IMG/VR virus record: IMGVR_UViG_3300036985_003381
Span: 325-64,324 of that record
Reading direction: 5' to 3' (one strand)
Length of the DNA stretch: 64,000 bases
From: a virus
Taxonomy: Duplodnaviria > Caudoviricetes
The notes under the pieces were generated by a model, which searched no databases, was not told the DNA's origin, and saw only the letters and a list, made by a program, of their open reading frames with translations. Position numbers and translations under genes: made by a program. Below are positions 47,100-57,339 of the stretch, one piece after another (within the stretch, counting starts at the first letter, position 1; the number at the start of each line of letters is the position of its first letter).

Positions 47100-48173
47100 T
47101 TATTTTACACTGCGAATTTTTAAACCCCTTCCGGAATCATTATTTAACGCCTTTACTTGAAATCCATCTTTTATTGCTATTTCAGGTGCTTTCCTTTCAG
47201 ACATATTAATATTTTTAATCTGTTTGGTCACATCTTCAGTAGCATCTGACTTTCCTTGCTCATAAAAGTACTTGGCAAATTTTTCTGGATTCATTGCTAC
47301 AGACAACGCTCTATGGTACCCAACTGCATCCTTTATTAGTCCGCTCTCATCTAAGAATTTATTGATAAAATTCATAGGTGTTGATTGAACTTTTTTAAGT
47401 TCTGCTGAATCTAGCGGCAAGTATTTCAATGTTTTACTATCCAAATTAAAATCAAAACCTTTGAAATCACTTGTAAATAGTTCGTCTGTTTTTTCATCAA
47501 ACCATTTGCCCTTGCGGCTATTCTCCTCTTCTAGAGTTTTTGCCTGACTTATATATTGCTTATAAGACTCTAATTCTGCCTTGTCATCTTCTGAAACAAA
47601 TCCCTGACTTGACTCAAGAGGGATTTTATACATTTCTTTTTGATTTTCAAAGTATTTCTTAGCTTCTGTAACTGCCTTTTTCTTAGTAATTTTTTTCTTT
47701 TTTATAATAGAATCATCATCATAATCTTCATCATATTGATAATCCTCCATCATCGCATCAATATCTTCTGTATCTAGTCCATCTTGAGTTGCTATTAAAT
47801 GTTCTCGTATAAGTTCATCATTATCAACATTACTATAGTCTTTAGATATCTTCATAAAGTCTTCGTAACCCCTTCCAGTCTCTTTTCTGTATTTTAAATA
47901 TACAGATATATCTTCAGGCAGTTTCTCGGAGTCTTCCTTTGATGATATTAAATCATCTATTGACTTTAATTCTTTGTTATATTTTTTACCAAGATAAGAA
48001 AGAACGTCCTCTTCCTTTATTTCGTTTTGGATAACTTCCGTTGCTATTACTTCAGGGACTTGTTCTGTAATTGTCTCTTCTATTTTAGTTTGGTGTTCCT
48101 GTAGTAATTGGGCTTCAATCTCTTGAGTGCTTTTTGTGTCTACTACGCCTACTTCTTTTACTGTAAATGCCAT
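47100..48173 (-). CDS. Scaffolding protein (putative)
   Basis: Acidic helical protein upstream of capsid; AKYFYEQGKSDA motif. Confidence 0.65.
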   Translation of the reverse strand: MAFTVKEVGVVDTKSTQEIEAQLLQEHQTKIEETITEQVPEVIATEVIQNEIKEEDVLSYLGKKYNKELKSIDDLISSKEDSEKLPEDISVYLKYRKETGRGYEDFMKISKDYSNVDNDELIREHLIATQDGLDTEDIDAMMEDYQYDEDYDDDSIIKKKKITKKKAVTEAKKYFENQKEMYKIPLESSQGFVSEDDKAELESYKQYISQAKTLEEENSRKGKWFDEKTDELFTSDFKGFDFNLDSKTLKYLPLDSAELKKVQSTPMNFINKFLDESGLIKDAVGYHRALSVAMNPEKFAKYFYEQGKSDATEDVTKQIKNINMSERKAPEIAIKDGFQVKALNNDSGRGLKIRSVK

Positions 48174-48194
48174 TATATTTAATTTAATTTATTG

Positions 48195-48202
48195 CAAATT
48201 TA
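48195..48202 (-). promoter_or_regulatory. -7 element TAAATTTG
   Basis: Fits TAnnTTTG upstream of ATG 48173. Confidence 0.5.
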
Positions 48203-48211
48203 TATAAAATT

Positions 48212-48490
48212 TTAACAATTCCACTTTTTTAATGAAAGTGCCTTTCTGGTTGGTTTCCCTTTTTCATCTTTCATAGGTCCAGGCATCCCCGACATTCTAG
48301 CGCAAAAACTCTTTCTTCTTTTAGCATCTTTGCTATCAGGGTCAAGTTTTGATGGTTTAGTTGTAACAGCCATCTGAAGTTTACTGCCAGGGTTTTCTTT
48401 CCTATAAGAGGCAACACCTTTGGCGTTTAGACCGCCACTCGCTGACTTTCCCTCTTTTCTAGTCCAAGCTGCTGTTTTATTATTTGCCAT
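48212..48490 (-). CDS. Conserved small basic phage protein
   Basis: AWTRKEGK...GGLNAKG..SY and RRKSFCARM.GM...W.C motifs. Confidence 0.8.
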   Translation of the reverse strand: MANNKTAAWTRKEGKSASGGLNAKGVASYRKENPGSKLQMAVTTKPSKLDPDSKDAKRRKSFCARMSGMPGPMKDEKGKPTRKALSLKKWNC

Positions 48491-48506
48491 TATTATCTAT
48501 ATTTTT

Positions 48507-49148
48507 TTATTTTGTTGGTATTGGTGTTCCTACAGGATATGGTGCACCTTCTTTAGCCGCAGTAATTGAAGTCATGCCTGATTTTACAGGAATGGCTTTA
48601 TGAAGAGGTACTGCTGCTTCATTTAATGGACCATACACTTTAGCAAGAATAATACCTGTTTCAGTTGTATCAAATATAACTCCAGGCATTGCAAACATAT
48701 TACTTTCACTTGTACTTGGTTGGTTAGTATTTACAGTAAATGATCTATTGTTAGGTGGCATTAATTGCCAAGACTTTGATGCAGGATTAAATTGTGGAAC
48801 TACTGTGTTTGTATCATAATACCAATATAAAGACCAAACAGTATTACCCGTTCCATCAGGTGTTTGAAAGTTATTAACAACGTTAAAATCTCCCCATGTT
48901 CCACCTGAACCATACATAGCTAAATTAGAGATTGAAGGACCTTCTAATACAGGACAAATAGCACAACCTTCATCATAGGTTACACCTTGAATAACAATCT
49001 TTTTACCTGTTGGCACCGCACCAGAAGCACCACAAAAAGCAAATTTACCTTTGTGGATTCTTAGTACATTGGCTTCAGAAATTGTTGATTCATTGTTACA
49101 GCTAATTAGTAAACTAATTGCAAAGATTAAGAATATTGATTTTTTCAT
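48507..49148 (-). CDS. Putative lipoprotein
   Basis: MKK, hydrophobic stretch, LISC lipobox-like motif. Confidence 0.65.
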   Translation of the reverse strand: MKKSIFLIFAISLLISCNNESTISEANVLRIHKGKFAFCGASGAVPTGKKIVIQGVTYDEGCAICPVLEGPSISNLAMYGSGGTWGDFNVVNNFQTPDGTGNTVWSLYWYYDTNTVVPQFNPASKSWQLMPPNNRSFTVNTNQPSTSESNMFAMPGVIFDTTETGIILAKVYGPLNEAAVPLHKAIPVKSGMTSITAAKEGAPYPVGTPIPTK

Positions 49149-49150
49149 AG

Positions 49151-49399
49151 TTATTTTTTTTTAATATTAGAAGGATAAGGATTTTCCTTATGCCATTTTT
49201 TAACAGAAGACACACCTTGTTTAATAGTTTTAGCATCTGCTTTTTTAGTAAGATTTATGGTATCCCATTTACCTTTATCAGTAGTAGGATGATTAACCAT
49301 AATATTTCCAGGTTTGCCTTGCTTAGTAGTTTTTTTATAGACTATATGCTTTTCTCCATCTGAAGTTATCGTAACTTTTGCTTTGTTACTTTGTTTCAT
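49151..49399 (-). CDS. Small basic protein
   Basis: Track ORF 49151..49459; ATG at 49399 avoids overlap with portal. Confidence 0.65.
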   Translation of the reverse strand: MKQSNKAKVTITSDGEKHIVYKKTTKQGKPGNIMVNHPTTDKGKWDTINLTKKADAKTIKQGVSSVKKWHKENPYPSNIKKK

Positions 49400-49424
49400 C
49401 TCTCTTTTTATAATATATAAACTA

Positions 49425-51860
49425 TTACCTAGGACCAAATTGGTCAAATGCAAGACCATCTAATGTATCTTCGTTTGATTCAAAGTTTTTAGGTGGTAAA
49501 TTATTTTTCTTTTGATTTATTAATTCAGACTGCTCGGTATTTTGTTGGCTTATTCTATTTGATTTTGCGTCTTCCTTTTGTTGTTCTCTTGTTTGTGTAA
49601 AGCTATCTTTATTTGAAGTTAATTGCATATTGTAGTCAAATTCTTGAGCCATAAGCTCCTTTTTAAGGAGAGCCTCTTTCTCTAATAATTTAATTGAAAA
49701 TAACGATTTAGCTTCAGCAATTTTTATTTCAGCATCAGATTCCATTTGTATTTTCTGCATTGCTGTTTGTGCTGCCATCTGTTGAGATTGCATATTCTGT
49801 TGAGATACCATTGCTTGCTGTTGCATTTGCATTTTTTCCTCTCTGTCCATCTTCTTTAATCTTTTCATTTTTAAAAGTTGGTTAGCAAGTTTCAGGTTTT
49901 TTATCTCACGAATATCTATAGCATCTTCAAGATTTATATCGGCTTTTGATAATGCTATTTGAATATTAGCCTCTAATTGAGCCTTTTGTTCTTCATCTGG
50001 AGATATTTCAATGAATATACCAAAATCATAAATATATAAATCCTTTATATCGTTTAGTATCGACACATTGTATTTACCAATTTTATTAGCAAAGTCATCC
50101 TTAAAATCTGCATATTGGAGTATGTCTGATATCCTATATGTTAAAGCCTCTGCTAATGTTCTAAACACATATATGCTTGAATCTAAAATATGTCTTGTTG
50201 CTGTATTTGAATTTAATGCTGCTAATTTCTGAACACCAACTAAAGCATTAGGGTCAGGGGTAGAACCATCTCTAGCCTCATTTAGTCCTGTTACAGAACG
50301 AATCATATTTAAGTAGTGGTCATAGTTAGCTAACAACATCTGTGTCTTACTTGCACCTGAGTTAGATGTTAGCTGAGTTATGGGGACCCTTGCATTATTA
50401 AATTCACCATCTTGAGTATATGAGCGACCTATAACACTACCTGTTTGGAAGTAAAGTCTCAATGCGTCTTCCGGGTTATATGCTGCACCTGTACCTAAGT
50501 CTACTTCATTAAGCCCATCTGCATCTATAAAAACTCCATCAGGCACAACTCTTGCCATAACCTGTTGTAATTTTAGGTGAGTTATTTGAATCATATCAGC
50601 AAAAGGTATCATTCTGTTTACTAACGACTCAATACTCCCCTTATACATCCGTGGAGCGCAAGCAACATAGTTTGGTAATGCATGCTGAGATGAAGATTTC
50701 GGTCTAACCATATTCTCCATTTTCTCCCATTTTAAGATAATATTACTACCCATTACCATAATACCTGAATACCACACATCAATAGTTTTTTCAAGCTTCT
50801 CAAATCTACCCTCCTCCATCATTTCTGCTGGGGGGTTGAATTGGTCATCCTTTTTAACCATCTTAGTGCCACCACTTTCTAGTAATTTTTTCTTATAAAC
50901 AACCTTTTCTGTTGTTTTATAATTGTAATATAATAGAGTACAAGTATCATTATGGAATATACTGTTTTCATAAAATTGAGAAACATTATAATAGTCGTAC
51001 CAAGACTGACTATATTGAGATATTGTTTTTAAGTCTTCTGGTGTAAGAGATTGGTCAATTTTCATTAACTCTGTTATTGGGAGAGTTTTAATCTCACCCC
51101 AATAAAAACAATCTTTAAAGTACGGGTCTTCAGTATAACTATATACTATATTAGCCGGATCGACATATGATATTTGAACACCTGCTCCAGGAAGAAAATC
51201 ATGCTTTGCTACTTCTATCCCAATTACAGTGGCATCATAGTCAAGTCTAGTCCTTATTTCATTGAAATGATTTTCATCAAACAAAGTATTAATTGCCTCC
51301 TCCTCTGCTATTTCTATTGCAGGTTTATATTTTAGCTGCATATATAATGACAATTCCTCGTCAGTATTCGGCAAATCTTCGGGCTTAGTCACAAATGGAT
51401 TTATTCCCGTATTTTCATGTATTATGTTTAGAACATTTTTAGCAATCATTTGACCCTCAATCATATCTTGATATCTGGTCCTGTTAGTTTGGGACATAGC
51501 ATCCTGTGCATATGCCTTAACTTTAAATAGCCTATCAGACATACCATTTACTACAATATCCACAAATTTCGGGATAATAGGAACAGGTGTCCAGTCTAAG
51601 TTTAAATACGATAAGTCACCATTTACGGATAACTCATTTTTATATTTTTGAATTGATTGCTCACCCCTTGCGTATAGCCTTAATTTCCTAAAATCTTTCC
51701 ATTGACTGTAATATCTGCATTGAGCTCCATCTTTTCTAAACCACTCATATTGTATTGCCTGACCTATCTGCAAACCATACGCATCTGTCCTTTTCTCACT
51801 ATCAGAAACAAATTGTCCGGGGAATCCAAGTGAGGATATATCTATCGTTACATCTTTCAT
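49425..51860 (-). CDS. Portal protein
   Basis: 811 aa directly after terminase; PIIPKFVDIVVNG, TGLNEARDG, Gln-rich C-terminal coil. Confidence 0.85.
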   Translation of the reverse strand: MKDVTIDISSLGFPGQFVSDSEKRTDAYGLQIGQAIQYEWFRKDGAQCRYYSQWKDFRKLRLYARGEQSIQKYKNELSVNGDLSYLNLDWTPVPIIPKFVDIVVNGMSDRLFKVKAYAQDAMSQTNRTRYQDMIEGQMIAKNVLNIIHENTGINPFVTKPEDLPNTDEELSLYMQLKYKPAIEIAEEEAINTLFDENHFNEIRTRLDYDATVIGIEVAKHDFLPGAGVQISYVDPANIVYSYTEDPYFKDCFYWGEIKTLPITELMKIDQSLTPEDLKTISQYSQSWYDYYNVSQFYENSIFHNDTCTLLYYNYKTTEKVVYKKKLLESGGTKMVKKDDQFNPPAEMMEEGRFEKLEKTIDVWYSGIMVMGSNIILKWEKMENMVRPKSSSQHALPNYVACAPRMYKGSIESLVNRMIPFADMIQITHLKLQQVMARVVPDGVFIDADGLNEVDLGTGAAYNPEDALRLYFQTGSVIGRSYTQDGEFNNARVPITQLTSNSGASKTQMLLANYDHYLNMIRSVTGLNEARDGSTPDPNALVGVQKLAALNSNTATRHILDSSIYVFRTLAEALTYRISDILQYADFKDDFANKIGKYNVSILNDIKDLYIYDFGIFIEISPDEEQKAQLEANIQIALSKADINLEDAIDIREIKNLKLANQLLKMKRLKKMDREEKMQMQQQAMVSQQNMQSQQMAAQTAMQKIQMESDAEIKIAEAKSLFSIKLLEKEALLKKELMAQEFDYNMQLTSNKDSFTQTREQQKEDAKSNRISQQNTEQSELINQKKNNLPPKNFESNEDTLDGLAFDQFGPR

Positions 51861-54800
51861 TTTATAATTTGACTTGTGTTTCCACCATTATTATACCTTG
51901 CAAAATTAATACTTATTTTACTCTCTTGTTTATTAGGCAAATATAAATGTTTTTGGTTAGCCATTATTACTAATCCGGAACTAATAGATGCGTCAAATTT
52001 TGTTCTATCATTAATATCGAATTTTACCCAATCTTGCAATGTTTTTTGGAATGGCATACACCCTATTTCGTCAGAATTTCTATATGTCCCTAGTGAGTCA
52101 TATCCAATATGTTTTTCTATATATGTTTCAATTGCAGATGCGTGTGATTGTTTAATGTCTTCAGATGAGTTTGGTATACCTCCCAATTCACGCTCAGTAT
52201 TACTTAATTTAGATGATGGTTTATCAGGTCTATTCATAGAATAGCCCCTATATCCTCTATTTTTAAAGTGATAAAGTAATCGTGGCTTATTGTTTTCTGC
52301 AAGTATTGGCATACCATAAAATACACAAGCCATGAGAATATCTTCAAAAAATATCTCTGCCGTTTGAGGTCTTGCTATATATTCAAGAAAGAACTCATTT
52401 ACGGGAGCATCATCCATATGCATTTTTGTCATCCCGTGTAATGAACCATTAGACCCTCCCCCACCCACTACAGCAGATATATCGTATGGATCACACCCAA
52501 AACTCCCGATATGTTCGTTCCCTGGATATTTCATCCCATTTCTTTGCACTACTCTATTCTGAAGATTTTTCGATGGCATCCAACCCACTAAAAAATTACC
52601 TGTATTGTCGGGGGTCCATATAACTGTTGAATCTTTAACCCCATCCTTCCAGTGAAACCTGCCTTTAGTTGTAATTTGACTTAGTATTGTAGAGTCGTTG
52701 TAATCTATTTGTTCGTATAGTTTTGTAAGATTAAATAGTGACGTTTTACTATCGTCTCTAAATGCGTGACCTTCTGTTCTAGGAAATTGTCTATAATGTT
52801 CATTTAGTGCATTTGAGTCTTTCTTTAATGAATCAATTTCAGCTTCCCAATAATCAATAGCTCCATTAGTAATTTTATTACCATCTACACCGAGTATGGC
52901 GGTCTTTGGCTTTCGGAATACAGGCATACCGTATCTATCAATAAACCCTTCCATATTCCATTCCATAGGAATAAACAATGAATATAATCCTGACTTAGTT
53001 TGACCGTTTGCGTTTCTTATTGTTACATTAGAATCATAAAAAAGAGTTTTATAATTATCTCCACCTTTGCTAAGTGCATTGGATGTTGAACCCATCATAC
53101 ATTTACCAATAATTTTAGACCCTAATCGTAAACAGGTTTTAGTTATACCCCAATTATTTAAAATATTGTTAGGTTTTAGCCATTTTGCACTATTCATACT
53201 TATAGTAAAGTCCGAAAGAATTAATTTTCTTTCATCATCATTATCTGCATCAACTTGAATACCTATATATTCTCCTTTGTCAAGATACTCTACAGATACT
53301 TTATTTCGCCTGCCTGTACTTATTGGTTCGTAATCTTCAAACGATTTCTTTTTTGTTATTAAAGGTATTCTTGATAATTCTCCCGATAAACTTATTCTAT
53401 AAACTTCTGTATTATAATTTGATTTATAATTTTGTATATTCCCACAACTTATCCCACAAGAAAGAGCTAATATCCTTATTTGTTCTATTAAATCTTTTCT
53501 GCTCATTCCAATAGAGATTACATTCTTTTTTTTATCAGAGTATCCATCTGTCTCAATCAATCCTGCTAACAATTGAAGTCTTGATTCGATTGAAGATTTC
53601 ATATAGCAATCAGGTATGTGTTTATTGTTATAAACCCCAATGTCCCTTAATTCAGAATTTATTCCTTTAAATGCAAATTCAATAATCTTAGCAGAGTCTG
53701 ATTTCTTTAATTCAAAAGGAATCTTTTTCATTTGAGCAATCATTCCTAAATACTCTAATATTTCAGGTTCTTCTTCTTTATTTACAAGTATTGTAAAAGA
53801 TGATGATCTACCATCTCCAAGCCATAAGCCTAAAAGATATGGAGGCATTCCTTCAAATTTATCTGACATTTCAATGCCCTTAGAAACAACCCTTGTTAGG
53901 TGCTTCTTAACATAAGATGATTTACCTAAATATTCTTTAGGCATCATTATAACCTCTTCGTGCCTTTTGCTTTTGTTTCTTGAGTTAAATATATACCTGT
54001 TAAATACTAATCTATGGTTTTCTGTTACAATATAATCTTGACCGTATGGTTGCTTAACTAAGTATCTATTAGTTTGACCTGATACTTTTTTCATCACAGT
54101 TTTGATTTTTCCTCCTTCAACTATTACTTTATCCCCAATATTAATTTCTTTTATAGGTTTAAATTCAAAATTTTCAGTAAGAATTAATGTGTCAGGAGCA
54201 TAACACTCATCATGTGCTAAATAAAGTAGCTTCTCTCCATCATAAGAGTTGTCTTCCGTATTCTTCCAATCTATAGTAGTATCTAATCCTTGGATTTCAT
54301 TATCCTCAGTTTCATACATATTATTTTTTGTAATCTTTTTTGCAGGTATTTTGTAAGAGAGTTCTGTTTTAGGTTTATCCATACCATCCATAATAGGGGT
54401 AAAGAAAAACGGAAGTTTACTGTTTATTGGTACCACCTTGTCGGTAAACATTTTCTTAGCATCAGCACCTGTCTTAGACAGTATACCAACTCTAGCATTT
54501 TTAGCAAGTGTTCCAAGATTTACAGCCTCTGATGAACACATAAATGAGAATCCCGAACGCCTGATTTTTAAATATATCATACCGTAAGACCGTATATCTG
54601 CTTTACAAGCTTCCCAAAATATATAAAATATTCTATTAGCCTCTCTAAAGTCTGGATATCCAATATCTATACTTGACCACTGCATATACATCCAATGAGA
54701 CCCTGTTATATAGGTAGGCTCACCATTGTTCATAAACCAATAGCCATTTTCACGGTAATCAAACTGAGCCTCTATATAGTCTACCCATTTATTTTTAAAT

Positions 54801-55162
54801 ACCGTTGGCATTTCATTCCAATGGAATATAGATTGTATTTTATTTAATTCGCTGTGTGATTTATCTCTTTCCCAATATTGTTCAGATCTAATGTTATTCC
54901 TTATTTTTATTGATTTAGGTTCTTCAGGTAGTGCGATTAAAATACCTGATATATTGATTATTTGACCTATTCTGCCTGTCTTAGATATAATGACCATATC
55001 GTATTTATCATTATACCCATATAGCCAAGTGCGTGAGTTATTCTTTTGATATAATATTTTCTTATCTACATAGTCATTAACAACACTATATATTTTATTT
55101 ACCTGCTGATCTTCGTTCTGCGAATCCTTGTTTTGTGTCAATTTTATCATTTGAATTGTCAA
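51857..55162 (-). CDS. terL: Terminase large subunit with intein
   Basis: LKIRRSGFS Walker A-like, YLAHDE Walker B, GCDPYD nuclease, D...SSG end; true start may be downstream of 55162. Confidence 0.88.
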   Translation of the reverse strand: MTIQMIKLTQNKDSQNEDQQVNKIYSVVNDYVDKKILYQKNNSRTWLYGYNDKYDMVIISKTGRIGQIINISGILIALPEEPKSIKIRNNIRSEQYWERDKSHSELNKIQSIFHWNEMPTVFKNKWVDYIEAQFDYRENGYWFMNNGEPTYITGSHWMYMQWSSIDIGYPDFREANRIFYIFWEACKADIRSYGMIYLKIRRSGFSFMCSSEAVNLGTLAKNARVGILSKTGADAKKMFTDKVVPINSKLPFFFTPIMDGMDKPKTELSYKIPAKKITKNNMYETEDNEIQGLDTTIDWKNTEDNSYDGEKLLYLAHDECYAPDTLILTENFEFKPIKEINIGDKVIVEGGKIKTVMKKVSGQTNRYLVKQPYGQDYIVTENHRLVFNRYIFNSRNKSKRHEEVIMMPKEYLGKSSYVKKHLTRVVSKGIEMSDKFEGMPPYLLGLWLGDGRSSSFTILVNKEEEPEILEYLGMIAQMKKIPFELKKSDSAKIIEFAFKGINSELRDIGVYNNKHIPDCYMKSSIESRLQLLAGLIETDGYSDKKKNVISIGMSRKDLIEQIRILALSCGISCGNIQNYKSNYNTEVYRISLSGELSRIPLITKKKSFEDYEPISTGRRNKVSVEYLDKGEYIGIQVDADNDDERKLILSDFTISMNSAKWLKPNNILNNWGITKTCLRLGSKIIGKCMMGSTSNALSKGGDNYKTLFYDSNVTIRNANGQTKSGLYSLFIPMEWNMEGFIDRYGMPVFRKPKTAILGVDGNKITNGAIDYWEAEIDSLKKDSNALNEHYRQFPRTEGHAFRDDSKTSLFNLTKLYEQIDYNDSTILSQITTKGRFHWKDGVKDSTVIWTPDNTGNFLVGWMPSKNLQNRVVQRNGMKYPGNEHIGSFGCDPYDISAVVGGGGSNGSLHGMTKMHMDDAPVNEFFLEYIARPQTAEIFFEDILMACVFYGMPILAENNKPRLLYHFKNRGYRGYSMNRPDKPSSKLSNTERELGGIPNSSEDIKQSHASAIETYIEKHIGYDSLGTYRNSDEIGCMPFQKTLQDWVKFDINDRTKFDASISSGLVIMANQKHLYLPNKQESKISINFARYNNGGNTSQIIK
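51901..51908 (-). promoter_or_regulatory. -7 element TAATTTTG in terL 3' end
   Basis: Fits TAnnTTTG about 40 nt upstream of portal start. Confidence 0.35.
53192..54205 (-). mobile_element. Intein with LAGLIDADG homing endonuclease (338 aa)
   Basis: Starts CYAPDTLILT, contains LLGLWLGDG and LAGLIETDG, ends ISMN before Ser. Confidence 0.9.
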
Positions 55163-55385
55163 TTAAATTCAATGTATCTTCTTCCGCTTCTATTCTTGTT
55201 AGTATTTCAAATGCATCAAATATCGCCATTTTTTTTGCTGCTGCTGCGTTTTTTAATCTATCTGCTGCTAAGTCTGTATCGTCACCTGACTTTATTATAT
55301 CTTCTTTTGCAACTATTATTAATTGCTCTACTGCCGCATGCCCAGCAACTATTATCTCTCTTTTTAGCTCTACTATGCTTTTCAT
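55095..55385 (-). CDS. Helical protein upstream of terL (possible terminase small subunit)
   Basis: Position and helical character only. Confidence 0.5.
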   Translation of the reverse strand: MKSIVELKREIIVAGHAAVEQLIIVAKEDIIKSGDDTDLAADRLKNAAAAKKMAIFDAFEILTRIEAEEDTLNLIDNSNDKIDTKQGFAERRSAGK

Positions 55386-55945
55386 AATTTTATGGTTATT
55401 TGATGGTCAAACATTCTATATAATTTTTCTCCATCTATACTAAACTCATACTCACTATCCGGGGTATAACATATACTGTCTCCATTATTAACACTATTTA
55501 ATGAAAGATATTTATTTGTATATTTCATTATGCCCATTAAAGGTTCTTCTGAAAAAGGCTTATCTATATAACTCTTTATAACGGGCATAGGTTTTACAAA
55601 ACAGTACCTATCATATGAGAAATACTCGCCATTCCTTTTATACATAAAGAATTGATCTATTTCAATAAAGAACAAATTGTCTCTAAAAAAACTCTTGCCA
55701 CTTTTTCTGTTGCCCTTTATATCATTATAAAATTTAAATACATTATGATGTACTACCAATATGTCCCCTATTATTATTTCTCCCATATAATTAATAGGTA
55801 GTTCAATAACTTCTGCATATCGATTAGAAAACGTATGATCTTCTTCTGATGTGCTAACTACAATATTTACACCTCCTATATCTTTGGTGTTATTGTATCT
55901 CCTGTCATCAACAGGTTTTGCTATAAAATAAAATGGTGATTTCAT
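55382..55945 (-). CDS. Tandem GroES-like domain protein
   Basis: Two halves each with F.KP start, GD.(L/I) strand; second ends EFSIDGEKLYRM like GroES. Confidence 0.55.
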   Translation of the reverse strand: MKSPFYFIAKPVDDRRYNNTKDIGGVNIVVSTSEEDHTFSNRYAEVIELPINYMGEIIIGDILVVHHNVFKFYNDIKGNRKSGKSFFRDNLFFIEIDQFFMYKRNGEYFSYDRYCFVKPMPVIKSYIDKPFSEEPLMGIMKYTNKYLSLNSVNNGDSICYTPDSEYEFSIDGEKLYRMFDHQITIKL

Positions 55946-56172
55946 TAAAAATTTATATTATATTCAATAGATATTGGCATATTCTGAGTAAATTCTTTCC
56001 ATAATAGCACCTCTTCTTTTTCATTAATAATATATATCTTGATAGATTGTGTTTCTATATTATGCTTAATAAGATGTATTTCATTACTATCACCCAATAT
56101 TTTTTGACCAACAATATAGTGCATAGCACTTATTTTATAGTCGGGACCAACAGATATTTTTCTAATATCCAT
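55945..56172 (-). CDS. Conserved hypothetical protein
   Basis: IRKISVG.DYK..AMHY.VGQ motif. Confidence 0.75.
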   Translation of the reverse strand: MDIRKISVGPDYKISAMHYIVGQKILGDSNEIHLIKHNIETQSIKIYIINEKEEVLLWKEFTQNMPISIEYNINF

Positions 56173-56178
56173 AATAAA

Positions 56179-56442
56179 TTAAATGGGTTTATGTGTTAAT
56201 TCACCTGTTTTCATATTCACAATAGTATCTGGTCCATATTTGTGAATAATACTAGTTTCGGTAACCTGGAAATCTTTTCTTAATTGGTCAATAGACTTTA
56301 AAGTCTCATATTTAGACAATTCAAATTCAGAAAGAGCATTTTTTAGTTTGCTGTATTCTTCATTGATGCTAGATATTAATTTAAATTCTTCATCAGTTAA
56401 TCTGTTTGATGCATCATAGGTGCCACCTTTATGTAATTCCAT
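56179..56442 (-). CDS. Coiled-coil protein
   Basis: Helical with KYG....NMKTGE end. Confidence 0.7.
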   Translation of the reverse strand: MELHKGGTYDASNRLTDEEFKLISSINEEYSKLKNALSEFELSKYETLKSIDQLRKDFQVTETSIIHKYGPDTIVNMKTGELTHKPI

Positions 56443-56459
56443 TGTATTTAATTTTTTTT

Positions 56460-56467
56460 CAAATGTA
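56460..56467 (-). promoter_or_regulatory. -7 element TACATTTG
   Basis: Fits TAnnTTTG upstream of ATG 56442. Confidence 0.5.
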
Positions 56468-56549
56468 GATATATTTTAAATAAGAATGTCGGTTATCTCA
56501 CGACCACCGACACCCACACAATTAAACTTTTAAACTTAGAGACGCAAAA

Positions 56550-57104
56550 CTACTTTATTAAAACAAAACTAAAAAGCATTGCCGAAACTATACCTGCAAA
56601 TAATCTATTACGTTTAACCTTTCGGTCTAACTTTTCATTCTCGTTGGTTAATTCAATATTGTATAATAAAAGTTTTTCAGCATATCCTTTGTTAAGGTTT
56701 ACTTGGTTTCGAAGATTATTCACTTGGGATTCACAAGCATCTAATCCTCTTGCCTGAACTCCTATTAATGTGTCTTGACTTAAAATGATTTGATTCGCCT
56801 GATTAACAACCTCGCTGCATTCTTCGGTGGTAACTACACTATCCGCCCAAACTTGAACTATTTTAGTTTTATAAATCGTTTTCTTTGTTTTAAGGTTTCC
56901 TTTTAATCCTTCGATAGTATCTTCATATCTAAGTATTTTATTTGCGTAGTAGTCTTGTATTCTATCGTGAATAGCATTTGTGTCGGCTATCTCATTAACG
57001 ACAACTTTCTTTTCTATGTATTCGGGATTGCAGCCGTATTTGAACACAACCATAAATAATCCAATTGCTAAAAAAACATTCAGGAAATAACTAAATCTTT
57101 GCAT
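56550..57104 (-). CDS. Membrane-anchored coiled-coil protein (spanin-like)
   Basis: N- and C-terminal hydrophobic segments; downstream of endolysin. Confidence 0.55.
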   Translation of the reverse strand: MQRFSYFLNVFLAIGLFMVVFKYGCNPEYIEKKVVVNEIADTNAIHDRIQDYYANKILRYEDTIEGLKGNLKTKKTIYKTKIVQVWADSVVTTEECSEVVNQANQIILSQDTLIGVQARGLDACESQVNNLRNQVNLNKGYAEKLLLYNIELTNENEKLDRKVKRNRLFAGIVSAMLFSFVLIK

Positions 57105-57256
57105 CTTTTTTCTTTTTATCTTTTTTCAATTTCTCTAATACCGTAGTATTAATATACTTTTCGCCATGAGTAGTAGTCATCAATACATAACCGCCTTTGG
57201 CTTCTTTTGGTATATCTAGGACTGCCATATAACAAAATTACAACTATCTATTTAAA

Positions 57257-57330
57257 TAAAAAAACCCGTAACAGTCAAGCATCGTTACGGGTTTTAGTTC
57301 TTAAAAGTCATCTGCCGTCAAACAGAACTA
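57257..57330 (-). ncRNA. Candidate small RNA / terminator element
   Basis: TATATTTG at 57338-57331, hairpin 57330-57295, then 12-bp terminator stem 57295-57261 with U run. Confidence 0.35.
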
Positions 57331-57339
57331 CAAATATAG

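Noticed and set aside
56487-56512. TGTCGGT/ACCGACA hairpin as iteron or cassette site
   Set aside because: Single short stem without TAAC/GTTA flanks; most simply a weak terminator
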